From contig OZ242358.1 in NCBI GenBank assembly GCA_965208835.1, forward strand, positions 416,001 through 480,000: DNA of 64,000 bases. Direction: 5' to 3'. The stretch's first letter is position 1; every line of letters begins with the position of its first letter. This DNA is from Candidatus Latescibacterota bacterium. GTDB taxonomy: Bacteria > Latescibacterota > UBA2968 > GCA-2709665. Shown piece by piece: positions 48,781 to 58,900 of the stretch. Below the pieces are notes generated by a model. It did no database searches and was not told where the DNA came from. It was given only the letters and a program-made list of their open reading frames with translations. The position numbers were made by a program, and so were the translations under genes.

Positions 48781-51033
48781 ATGAAAAAGAACCGATCGTG
48801 TGATCTCGCGCTCTTGTTGTTCGTGTTTCTATTCACGCAGGATAGCTTGGCTCAGACAACCCTGGTAGGGCATTTGGATTCTGGCAACTCAATGGTGTTT
48901 TCGTCTGCTGGAAATGTCTTATCTACCGGGTCGTTGGATGGCGAATATCTAACGTGGCATCTCCCGGATGGCGCAATCATGCGTATTGGTAAAGGAGCCA
49001 TCGGTCGTGGGGATCGAGCGGTGGCCTTCTCGACCGACGGCACACAGTTGGCAGTGGCCAGTGGGATCGGAATCTGGCTTTACGATGTCCGGACTGGCAC
49101 CGAAGTCGCCCTGCTTGGTGGAGGGAGTGTAACTTCGGTCTCGTATTCACCCGATGGAACGCTCCTGGCTTCCGGGGCAAGGGACCACACGGTGAAGCTG
49201 TGGGACGTGGCCACAGGTGCGAATGTCGCCACGCTCGAGGGCCATACCGATGGAGTCAGAGCGGTGGCGTTTTCGCCCGATGGAAGAACGCTCGCGTCGG
49301 GTGCAGGGGATCCGACAATTCACTTTCCAGCGGACAATTCGATCAGGCTATGGGACGTGCCAATGAAGACGCATTTCGCCACGCTCGAAGGCCATGAGGG
49401 GATGGTGGCTTCCGTGGCGTTTTCGCCCGATGGAAAAATGCTCGTTTCAGGATCTAATGATGAGACGGTGAAGTTGTGGGACGTGGCGTCGAGGACGAAT
49501 GTCGCGACGCTTAAGGACCATTCCGACGGGGTCGCTTCGGTGGCGTTCTCGCCTGATGGAAAGACGATCGCCTCTGGTGGTAGATTATTCGATGAGACGG
49601 TGAAGTTGTGGGACGTGGCGTCGAAGACGAATATCGCCACGTTCGAAGACCATTCCGACGGGGTTGCTTCGGTAACGTTCTCGCCCGATGGAATTCACCT
49701 CGCAGTCGGGGTAGGAGATGCGTTTTTCCCCGTGTTTTTTCCAGAGCCAAGTGAGAATACGGTGAAGCTTTGGGACGTGGCCAGCGGTGAACAGACCACC
49801 GCCCTCGAAGGTAAGACGGAGACGGTTTATTCGGTGGCGTTTTCGCCCCCCGACGGGAAAATGATCGCGGCCGGAGCGCGGCTTTTCAGTGATTACACGG
49901 TCCGGCTGTGGGACACCGCCAGTGGAAAACAGACAGCCGCTTTCGAAGGGCATACCCAGGCGGTCAATACGGTGGCGTTCTTGTCCGATGGAACCCGTTT
50001 GGCTTCCGTGTCCGGCACTACGATTCAGCTGTGGGACGCGGCCGGCGGAGACCGGATCACCTCCCTCGAAGGCTCTCTGCTTTCCCCCGATGGAACCCTT
50101 CGGGCTACGCTGGCATGGGATAGCGCGATTCAGGATGGCGTGATTCAGCTGTGGGACGTGTCCAGCGGAGATCAGATCGCATCTCTTGAAGGCCATCAGG
50201 GAAATGTCGTGTTGGCGTTTTCGCCCGATGGAAAAATGGTAGCGACTGTGGCAGGTGAGTGGAGTAAATATAAGGTGCGGCTGTGGAACGTGGTTGGCGG
50301 TGAACCGATTGCCACGCTCGAAGGGTATGAGGATGGAGTCACTTCGTTGGCATTTTCGCCAAATGGAAGCGTGCTCGCGACCGGATCGTGGGAATTCGGT
50401 GATCACACGGTACGGCTGTGGGGCGTGCCCGGGGGTGAGCCGATCACTACGCTCGAAGGACATGATGGGGGTGTCAATTCCATGGCGTTTTCACCCGATG
50501 GAGCAGTACTCGTGTCTGGATCAAGCGATGAGAGTATCAAGTTGTGGGACGTCGCCGGTAGTGAACTGATCGCCACGCTTGATGGGCATGATGGAGGTGT
50601 CAATTCAGTGGCGTTCTCGCCCGATGGAAAAGTGCTTGCGTCCGGGTCAGGGGATGAGACGATCAAGTTATGGGACATAGCGGGCACAGAACCGATTGCC
50701 ACACTCAGAGGGCATTGGAGGGCGGTTTATTCAGTGGCGTTTTCGGACTATGGAACCCGACTGGCTTCAGGGTCGGCTGATGGCACGATTCTGCTTTGGG
50801 ACATGTCACCATATATCTCAATACAACCTCCGATTCCGTCTGGACCTCCGACGCCCGACTTCGATGGCGACGGGATCGTCGGTTTCGGCGACTTTCTGCT
50901 GTTTGCCGCCGCATTCGGGCGAAGTCAAGGCGATGCAGGGTACGATGCGCAGTACGACCTGGACGGCAACGGCGCGATCGGGTTTAGCGATTTTCTGGTC
51001 TTTGCCGGCGCATTCGGCAAGAGTGCCTCGTGA
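48781..51033 (+). CDS. Secreted WD40-repeat protein with dockerin-like tail
   Basis: AGGAG RBS, signal peptide SLA-Q, Y.TWHLP.GA..R.GKG entry motif, more than ten WD repeats, PDFDGDG.VGF.DFL tail. Confidence 0.9.
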   Translation: MKKNRSCDLALLLFVFLFTQDSLAQTTLVGHLDSGNSMVFSSAGNVLSTGSLDGEYLTWHLPDGAIMRIGKGAIGRGDRAVAFSTDGTQLAVASGIGIWLYDVRTGTEVALLGGGSVTSVSYSPDGTLLASGARDHTVKLWDVATGANVATLEGHTDGVRAVAFSPDGRTLASGAGDPTIHFPADNSIRLWDVPMKTHFATLEGHEGMVASVAFSPDGKMLVSGSNDETVKLWDVASRTNVATLKDHSDGVASVAFSPDGKTIASGGRLFDETVKLWDVASKTNIATFEDHSDGVASVTFSPDGIHLAVGVGDAFFPVFFPEPSENTVKLWDVASGEQTTALEGKTETVYSVAFSPPDGKMIAAGARLFSDYTVRLWDTASGKQTAAFEGHTQAVNTVAFLSDGTRLASVSGTTIQLWDAAGGDRITSLEGSLLSPDGTLRATLAWDSAIQDGVIQLWDVSSGDQIASLEGHQGNVVLAFSPDGKMVATVAGEWSKYKVRLWNVVGGEPIATLEGYEDGVTSLAFSPNGSVLATGSWEFGDHTVRLWGVPGGEPITTLEGHDGGVNSMAFSPDGAVLVSGSSDESIKLWDVAGSELIATLDGHDGGVNSVAFSPDGKVLASGSGDETIKLWDIAGTEPIATLRGHWRAVYSVAFSDYGTRLASGSADGTILLWDMSPYISIQPPIPSGPPTPDFDGDGIVGFGDFLLFAAAFGRSQGDAGYDAQYDLDGNGAIGFSDFLVFAGAFGKSAS

Positions 51034-51103
51034 ACCGTTGGCTCCTGCGTTTCCGTCGCACAAGATGGCTGTAAGACGTTCATTCAGTTTCGTGATTACC
51101 GCC

Positions 51104-54100
51104 ATGAGACGACGTTTATTTCATCCATTCCTGTTTGTGCTCGGCTTTGCTGTCTTTCCGCTGTCGTCTGCACATGCGTCTTCCCAGCCGACTGACAGCC
51201 TTCATATTTGCGCCTTCGACGACTACGAACCGTGGCGGCGCGATCAATCCCGGCCGGCGGCCAAGCGGCCGGCGAATCTGAACGTGGGCGAATCCCGCAC
51301 GGTGCGAATGATCTACTTCCTGCCGAACGACTGGCCGTACCGCGCGGAAGTGGTCGATTCGATGAAGGCGGTAGTCGTGCAGAGTCAGACCTTCTATCGA
51401 GAGCAGATGAAGGCGCACGGCTACGGCGATTGGACCTTCGGCATAGAGACCGATGCCCAGGGCGAGCCGCTGGTACATCGCGTGGATGGACAACACCCGT
51501 TCAGCCACTACGACAACACCCTCGGCAACGCGGTGGTTACTGAGCTTGAACAGTCGTTCGACCTGGATGCCAACATCTATTTCATCGTCCTCGGCACCGA
51601 TGCGCTTCGTCAGGGTAACGGTCAACCTGCCGGAGGCGTCGGACGGCGAAGGACGAAAAACGGCGGCGCCTTGGTCGTGCCGGACAGATTCAGTTTCTTT
51701 ACGATAGCACATGAATTGGGACATACCTTCGGGCTGTACCATGATTTCCGGGACAACCGGTACATCATGTCGTATGGCGGAGACGCACGCGGAACTCTGT
51801 CTGCGTGCGCTGCGGAATTCCTGTCCGCGCATGCGTATTTCAATACCACAGTCCCGATTGCAGAAGGGGAGCCGCCCAGGGTTGAAATCATCTCGTCCAC
51901 GAGATATGAACCCGGCTCGACAAGTGTCCGGGTCCAACTCCGGATCGGCGACTCGGAGGGACTTCATCAGGTGGGAATGATCGGTACATCAAGGTGGTGT
52001 CGTGGACTGACCGGCGAAAGTGATGCAGTCGTTGAGTACGACTATGACGGCAGCTATGGGCAACGGGGCTATACGCGACTTTCGGATCAGGCCAAGCATC
52101 ACCTTCTCGTCGTCGCTGTCGATACCGACGGGAACATAAGCGAGAACTGGTTTTCGCTCGTGGAGATTTCGCCGTATGAGATCGACAGGGTAAGAGGACC
52201 GCTGGATATCATCACTTCGGTGGCGTTTTCGCCCGATGGAGCCCTCCTCGCCTACGGGTCTAAATCCAAACCCCCTCGTTCTGATGCCACGGTCGTGCTG
52301 TGGGACGTAGAGACACGCGAAGATATCGTCAAAATGGATGCGACGTCGGTTCCGAAGGTGGCGTTTTCCCGGGATGGGACGCTCGCCTTCGAGGCTGGGG
52401 ATAGGGTCGCACTTTGGGACGTGGCCACTCGACAAGGGATCGCCACCCTCAAGGCGTATTCTTCGGTGGCATTTTCCCGCGATGGTACCCTGCTCGCGAC
52501 CAGGGGGTGGTGGCAAGATCCTCCGCATTCGATCAAGCTGTGGGACGTTGCGAGCCGAACGCTGCGTGTCACCCTGGAAGGACACACGGATCAGATCAAC
52601 GCGTTGGCCTTTTCGCCCGATGGGGCCCTGCTCGCCTCCGGGTCAGGGAATGGTAGGTTAGGAGATGATGGGGTCAGGCTCTGGGACGTGGCGAGCAGGA
52701 AGGAGATCGCCGCCATCGAGGTTACGGGGGACGGGGTCTGGTCCGTGGCGTTTTCGCCCGATGGAACCATCCTCGCCTGGGGGTCATCACGTGGCGGGGT
52801 CACGCTGTGGGACGTGGCGAACCGAAAGGAGATCGCCTTCGTTGGGAACGGCGGACCTCCCGTGGCGTTTTCCCCGGCCGGGGCTACCCTGTTCTTCGGT
52901 TCGGGAGGGGGCGCGATCACGCTGTGGGACGTGGGGAGCCGGGAAGAGATCATCACCCTGGCAGGTGAGTCTCCTGATGTCCATTCAATCTCGATATCGC
53001 CGGATGGAACCATGCTCGCAGCCGGGTCGTGGTGGGCCGGCACGATCACCCTCTGGGATGTGTCGGAGTGGACGGGACCCCGTCCCTTTGCGCTGGAGAT
53101 CGTCTCCGGCGACGGCCAGCAGGGTGCGCCAGGCGTCGCCCTGCCCCATCCCCTGTTAGTGGAAGTTCGGGACCAGTACGGCAATCCCCTGCCGGATGCG
53201 GACGTCACCTTCACGGTGACCGCCGGGGAGGGCCAGCTCAGCGGCCGGTTCACGGTGGAGCACGCCACCACCGATGCCGACGGCCGGGCCGAGTTGATCC
53301 TGACTCTAGGGCCTCAGCCGGGACCGAACATCGTGGGCCTTTCTCTCGGGGGGCGCGAGTTGGCGGCGTTTACCGCACATGGGGTGGGAGGGGCCGTGGT
53401 GGAGATGGAGGGCAATTACCAGAGCTGGCATCTGCCCAGGTTCGCAACGGCGCGACTGGGCAAAGGCGCGATGGGGCAAGGCGACCGGGCCGTGGCCCTT
53501 TCGGCGGACGGGCGCTGTCTGGCCGTGGCCAGCGGCATCGGCGTGTGGCTGTACGAGGCGGCCACGTCCCGGGCCCTGGCGCTGCTGCCGACGGAGAGGG
53601 CGGTGCATTCGGTGGCGTTCTCCCACGGCGGCACCCTGGCGGCTGGGCTCGACAACGGCCGGGTCGACCTGTGGAAGGTGGAGACCGGGGAACGGATCAC
53701 GACCTTCAGGCACGGGGACTGGGGCGGGGTCACGGTGGTGTTCTCAACGGACGGCACGAAACTGGCTTCGGGATCGGGACATCAAACCATCAAGCTTTGG
53801 GAAATTGAGACGATGCGTGAGTTGGGCGCCTGGGAGGTACAGCGGGGGAGCGACAACTATTGGGATATCTCGGTGGATTTTTCCCCTGATGGGACCAGAC
53901 TGGCGTCGGGGTTTCAGGATGGCACGGTCCGGCTGTGGGACGTGGCGACCCGGACGAAGGCAGCAACTCTGGAGGGGCACACGGACCGGGTTGCCTCCGT
54001 GTCGTTCTCACCGGATGGCTCGCTTCTGGCGTCGGCAGGCGGAGGACGGGATGATCGCACGGTCAAGTTGTGGGATATGGGTACCCATACCGAGGTCGCC

Positions 54101-55714
54101 ACACTGAGGGGGCATACCGATCGCCTGCAATCGGTGGCTTTCTCCGGGCCACACGGCGACACCCTTGCTTCGGGATCGTCGGACCGTACGGTCCGGCTGT
54201 GGGACGTGACTGAACACGAAGAGGTGGCAATCCTGAAGGAACAGGGCGCCGGGATTCGTTCGGTGGCCTTCTCCCGCGAAGGGGCCACCCTCGTCTCCGC
54301 CGCTGCAGACGGCACGGTGCTGCTGAGGGACGTGGAGACCGGCAACGCCGCCGGTCTTTCCGGTCACGGGTCCTTGTCCTCGATGGCGCTTTCTGCCGAT
54401 GGCGTTACTCTGGCTATAGCGTCTGCCGATGGCACGATCGGGCTGTGGGACGCAGCCCGGAAGGCAAGGATTGCCACTCTTGAAGGACATACGTCCGGGG
54501 TCATCTCCGTTTCATTTTCCTCCGACGGCGCCACACTGGCTTCCGGTTCGTGGGACCGCACGGTCAGGTTATGGGACGTGAAGACCCGGGAACCGGCGGG
54601 AACGCTGAAAGGGCACACAAGTTGGGTCAATGCGGTGTCGTTTTCGCCGGACGGCGCCATTCTGGCTTCGGCTGGAGGGCGGGATGATGCCACGGTAAGA
54701 CTCTGGGACGTCAGGACTCTCGCGCATGTCGGCAGCCTTGAAGGGCATAAGAGTGATGTAATCTCGGTGTCATTCTCCTACAACGGCGTCCGGCTGGCAT
54801 CTGGCGGCGGTTACGAAGACAAGACGGTCAGGCTATGGAACGTAGTCACGCGTGAACTGATCGGCGTCCTGGAAGGGCATACGGGTTCGGTCGGCGCCGT
54901 GGTGTTTTCACCCAACGACGGTCTACTGGCCTCGGGATCTCAAGACGGTATCACGTTATGGGATACGGGTACGCGGCAACGGAGGTCCTCTCTGAACAAC
55001 CGGCGTTCTGTCAATTCATTGGCGTTTTCGGCGGACGGGACAACGCTTGCTGCAGGGTCCTGGGGCGGCGCAACATTGTGGGACGTGGAGACACGGGAAC
55101 AGATTGTCTACCTGGAGGGTCACACGCGATCGGTCCATTCGGCGGAGTTTTCAGCTGACGGCGACGTCCTGGCCACCGGCGCATCGGATGGCACGTTGTT
55201 GCTGTGGGATCTGCAGCGTCTCCATTCCCTTCCCGGCACATTCAAGTCCGTCACCCCACAACAACAGCAGGGACGCGCGGGAACCCTTTTAGCCGAGCCC
55301 TTTGTCATAGTGGTGCTTGACCTGAATGGGGTTCCGCTGTCCGGGGTCACGGTTACTTTCAATGTCACGGCCGGCGGCGGGACGCTGTCCATTACCAAAG
55401 CCACCACGGATGAGAATGGCCGCGCTGCCACGACTCTGACTCTTGGACGCCAACCCGGGACGAACAGGGTTGTGGCAACTGTATCCGATCTTCAACCGGT
55501 GACGTTCACCGCCATTGGCAGACCTCACGCCGACTTCGATGGCGACGGGACCGTGGGCTTCGCCGATTTTCTCCAATTTGCGGCGCAATTCGGGACGAGT
55601 CAGCGAGACGAGGGGTATGACGTGCGATTCGACCTGGACGGCAACGGCACGATCGGGTTCAGTGATTTCCTCATCTTTGCCGGTGCGTTTGGTAAGAGTA
55701 CTGGGTCCAGTTGA
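51104..55714 (+). CDS. Secreted metzincin-like peptidase + WD40 + Ig + WD40 + Ig + dockerin-like
   Basis: Signal peptide AHA-S; HELGHTFGLYH with Met-turn YIMSY; two WD40 blocks; two QQG..G..L..P Ig modules; dockerin-like tail. Start at 51104 (alternative 51065). Confidence 0.88.
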   Translation: MRRRLFHPFLFVLGFAVFPLSSAHASSQPTDSLHICAFDDYEPWRRDQSRPAAKRPANLNVGESRTVRMIYFLPNDWPYRAEVVDSMKAVVVQSQTFYREQMKAHGYGDWTFGIETDAQGEPLVHRVDGQHPFSHYDNTLGNAVVTELEQSFDLDANIYFIVLGTDALRQGNGQPAGGVGRRRTKNGGALVVPDRFSFFTIAHELGHTFGLYHDFRDNRYIMSYGGDARGTLSACAAEFLSAHAYFNTTVPIAEGEPPRVEIISSTRYEPGSTSVRVQLRIGDSEGLHQVGMIGTSRWCRGLTGESDAVVEYDYDGSYGQRGYTRLSDQAKHHLLVVAVDTDGNISENWFSLVEISPYEIDRVRGPLDIITSVAFSPDGALLAYGSKSKPPRSDATVVLWDVETREDIVKMDATSVPKVAFSRDGTLAFEAGDRVALWDVATRQGIATLKAYSSVAFSRDGTLLATRGWWQDPPHSIKLWDVASRTLRVTLEGHTDQINALAFSPDGALLASGSGNGRLGDDGVRLWDVASRKEIAAIEVTGDGVWSVAFSPDGTILAWGSSRGGVTLWDVANRKEIAFVGNGGPPVAFSPAGATLFFGSGGGAITLWDVGSREEIITLAGESPDVHSISISPDGTMLAAGSWWAGTITLWDVSEWTGPRPFALEIVSGDGQQGAPGVALPHPLLVEVRDQYGNPLPDADVTFTVTAGEGQLSGRFTVEHATTDADGRAELILTLGPQPGPNIVGLSLGGRELAAFTAHGVGGAVVEMEGNYQSWHLPRFATARLGKGAMGQGDRAVALSADGRCLAVASGIGVWLYEAATSRALALLPTERAVHSVAFSHGGTLAAGLDNGRVDLWKVETGERITTFRHGDWGGVTVVFSTDGTKLASGSGHQTIKLWEIETMRELGAWEVQRGSDNYWDISVDFSPDGTRLASGFQDGTVRLWDVATRTKAATLEGHTDRVASVSFSPDGSLLASAGGGRDDRTVKLWDMGTHTEVATLRGHTDRLQSVAFSGPHGDTLASGSSDRTVRLWDVTEHEEVAILKEQGAGIRSVAFSREGATLVSAAADGTVLLRDVETGNAAGLSGHGSLSSMALSADGVTLAIASADGTIGLWDAARKARIATLEGHTSGVISVSFSSDGATLASGSWDRTVRLWDVKTREPAGTLKGHTSWVNAVSFSPDGAILASAGGRDDATVRLWDVRTLAHVGSLEGHKSDVISVSFSYNGVRLASGGGYEDKTVRLWNVVTRELIGVLEGHTGSVGAVVFSPNDGLLASGSQDGITLWDTGTRQRRSSLNNRRSVNSLAFSADGTTLAAGSWGGATLWDVETREQIVYLEGHTRSVHSAEFSADGDVLATGASDGTLLLWDLQRLHSLPGTFKSVTPQQQQGRAGTLLAEPFVIVVLDLNGVPLSGVTVTFNVTAGGGTLSITKATTDENGRAATTLTLGRQPGTNRVVATVSDLQPVTFTAIGRPHADFDGDGTVGFADFLQFAAQFGTSQRDEGYDVRFDLDGNGTIGFSDFLIFAGAFGKSTGSS

Positions 55715-55942
55715 GGATCTGAGGGGCCTGGGTTTAGCCTGAATTCTCCACGCCGGCCAGTCGAAAAAGCGAAAGAACGGCAGAGAAATGGTGCCATTAT
55801 AATGCTACGAATTTGCTTTTTCTCCGATCACAGCCTCCGCTCAATGTACCGTCAGATTGCGAAATTAATTCGCCTTCAATCCGCCAGGCAGACGAGATTC
55901 TACGTCGCCAGGAAATCACGAATCAAGGTCCATTCAAAGGGT

Positions 55943-58900
55943 ATGCAAATGAACATCAGGATAGATTTCCTCATTAAGTCCTGTCTGGCGATGCTCTGTT
56001 TCATCGTAGTCGGGTCAGCGTCTTCCCATCCACCTGAGAACGTGCATTACCTTGAGCCATTCGATTACGAACAGTGGCGGCGCGATCACCCACTTCCCGC
56101 GGCAAAGCGTTCGGACGACCTTAACGTGGGCGAACCACGCACGGTGCGGATGATCTACTTTTTGCCCAACGACCGTTCCTTTCGGCAAGAGGTGGTCGGT
56201 TCGATGAAGACGGAGATCAAGCGGGTGCAGACCTTCTATGCCGAGCAGATGGAGGCGCACGGGTACGGCGCCAGGACCTTCCGGGTCGAATCCGATTCCG
56301 ACGGCCAACCGCTGGTGCATCAGGTGGATGGGCAACACCCCGATAGCCATTATTACAGGAATACGTTATCGCTTGTCGATGGCGAGCTTGCACCAACATT
56401 CGACTTGGCAACGAATGTGTACGTCATCGTAGTCGATAACAGTTCGGGGAAAATTGGCGTCAGCCCTCACGAAGAGCCGTGGTCGATAGGGAGGGCACGA
56501 CGGGTCGGGAAAGTCGGCGGGGCCGTGTACATAACCGGCGAATTCCGGAGCACCCACGTAGCTCTCATTGGACACGAAATTGGACACGCGTTCGGTCTCC
56601 TGCACGATAACAGCAATTTTGATTACGTCATGTCCCAGGGACCGGGACAGACTCGGCTTTCTGCGTGCCACGCTGAATTCCTCGCTGTGCATCCCTATTT
56701 CAATGCCGCTATCCCGATTGAACAGGCGTCCCCACCCACCATCACAGTTACATCGCCCCTGAAGTATCCTCCAGGATCTACCAAGGTCCCTATCCGAGTT
56801 GAAGTCGGAGATTCAGACGGGGTCCATCAAGTGTCGCTACTCTACACATCGTGGGATTTATACGCTTGTGTTGGAGTGAAGGGCGAAGAAAATGCCGTCG
56901 TAGAATTCGACTTCAGCGGCAGCACCTATGCTCGCGTTACCAATAGTCTCCATGAGGACCCAACGCAACCGTTGACGATCATTGCAGTTGATACCAGGGG
57001 AAACACAGGACACCACCGGTTCCAGCTTGTGAGGGATTCCCCTGAACAGATCGCCACACTTGAAGGGCATACGCGTGCAGCCAACTCAGTGGCGTTCTCC
57101 CCTGACGGCGCTACCCTGGCTTCCGTATCGGACGACGGCACGCTCAAGCTGTGGGACGTGGCCACGCGAACCGGGGTCGCCACACTGGAAGGACATACGG
57201 GTGCGGTGAACTCAGTGGCGTTCTCCCCCGACGGCGCCACCCTGGCTTCCGGATCGGACGGCGGCACGCTCAAGCTGTGGGACGTGGCCACGCGAACCGG
57301 GGTCGCCACACTGGAAGGACATACGGGTGCGGTGAACTCAGTGGCGTTCTCCCCCGACGGCGCCACCCTGGCTTCCGGATCGGACGACGGCACGCTCAAG
57401 CTGTGGGACGTGGCCGCAATACAGGAAAAACACACCCTCACAGGACATGCGGCTTCCGTCAGTTCCGTGGCGTTTTCGTCGGATGGGAACACGCTGGCCT
57501 CCGCGTCCGGGGATGGAACGGTGCGGTTGTGGGACGTGGCCTCGCGTACCGAGGTTGTGACGCTTGAAGGGGATACCCGCGGGATGACGTCGATCGCGTT
57601 TTCGCCTGACGGTACGATGCTGGCTGCTGGCTCCAGGGGTAGCACGATCATGCTGTGGGACGTGGCCTCGCGGGTTCGAATTGCCAACCTCGAGTATCAA
57701 TGCGGTGGGTGGCAATCGGTTGCGTTTTCTCCCGGCGGTGCGATTCTGGCCGGCGCTGCGGGTAATTCAGCGGTTTATCTTTGGGACGTGAGAGCTCGGG
57801 AACGGATCGCAACGCTGACCGGACAAACGGGTTCCGTGTTAGAGGCGGTCTTTTCCTCTGATGGCGCCACCCTGGCCGCCGGCTCGCGGGACAACACCGT
57901 CAACCTTTGGGACACATCCCTGTGGACGCGTCCCCGTCCCTTTGCGCTGGAGATCGTCTCCGGCGACAGGCAACAAGGCACGCCAGGATTGGCGCTTGCC
58001 CAGCCGCTGGTTGTGCTGGTCAAGGATCAGCACGGCAATCCTCTTTCCAATGCGTCGGTGACGTTCATTGTCACGGGTGGCGATGGCAGGCTCAGCGGCC
58101 GGTACACGTCGCAGCGCGCAGTCAGCGATGCAAGCGGCCTGGCTGCAATTGCGCTCACGCTGGGCCCGCGTCCCGGAACATACACCGTGGGGGTATTCGT
58201 CGGCAGCGTGGAAGACGCAAGTTTTCAGGCCGAAGGCGTGGAGACCGGGGTCACCTCACTTGTGGGAAACTACGTGGGGTGGTATCTGCCGGAAGGCGCC
58301 GCCGCGCGCCTGGGCAGAGGAACCATGGGATCGAGTGACCGTGCGGTATCCCTAACACCGGATGGACGTACGCTGGCGGTCGCCTCCTCCATCGGCGTAT
58401 GGCTGTACGAGGCGGAGACGTCCCGGGCACTGGCGCTGCTGTCTACGACGAGACCGGCCCATTCGGTCTCTTTCTCCCCCGACGGAACCCTGGCTGCGGG
58501 GCTGGCCGATGGGAGTGTCGAGTTGTGGGGCGTGGAATCGGGCGCACGGATCGCCACGCTGAGGCATTCGGATCGGGGCCGGGTCACGGTGGTCTTCTCT
58601 CCGGACGGAACGAGACTGGCTTCCGGTTCGGACGACGGTACGCTCAAGCTGTGGGACGTGTCTGCGCGTACCGGGGTGGCCACACTCGAAGGACATACGG
58701 GTGCGGTGAACTCAGTGGCGTTCTCCCCTGACGGCGTCACCCTGGCTTCCGGTTCGGACGACGGTACGCTCAAGCTGTGGGACATGGCCACCCAAGCCGA
58801 GGTCGCTACCCTAAGAGGACATACGAAGGGAGTCTCATCGATGGCGTATTCGCCCAAGGGAGACCGCCTTGCGTCCGCAGGCCGCTACGGAGATGGCACA

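Noticed and set aside
50696-51103. N-terminal extension of the 1672-aa ORF (likewise 55802-55942 and 48715-48780)
   Set aside because: Extensions overlap upstream genes or intergenic DNA; signal peptides begin at the downstream Met codons.
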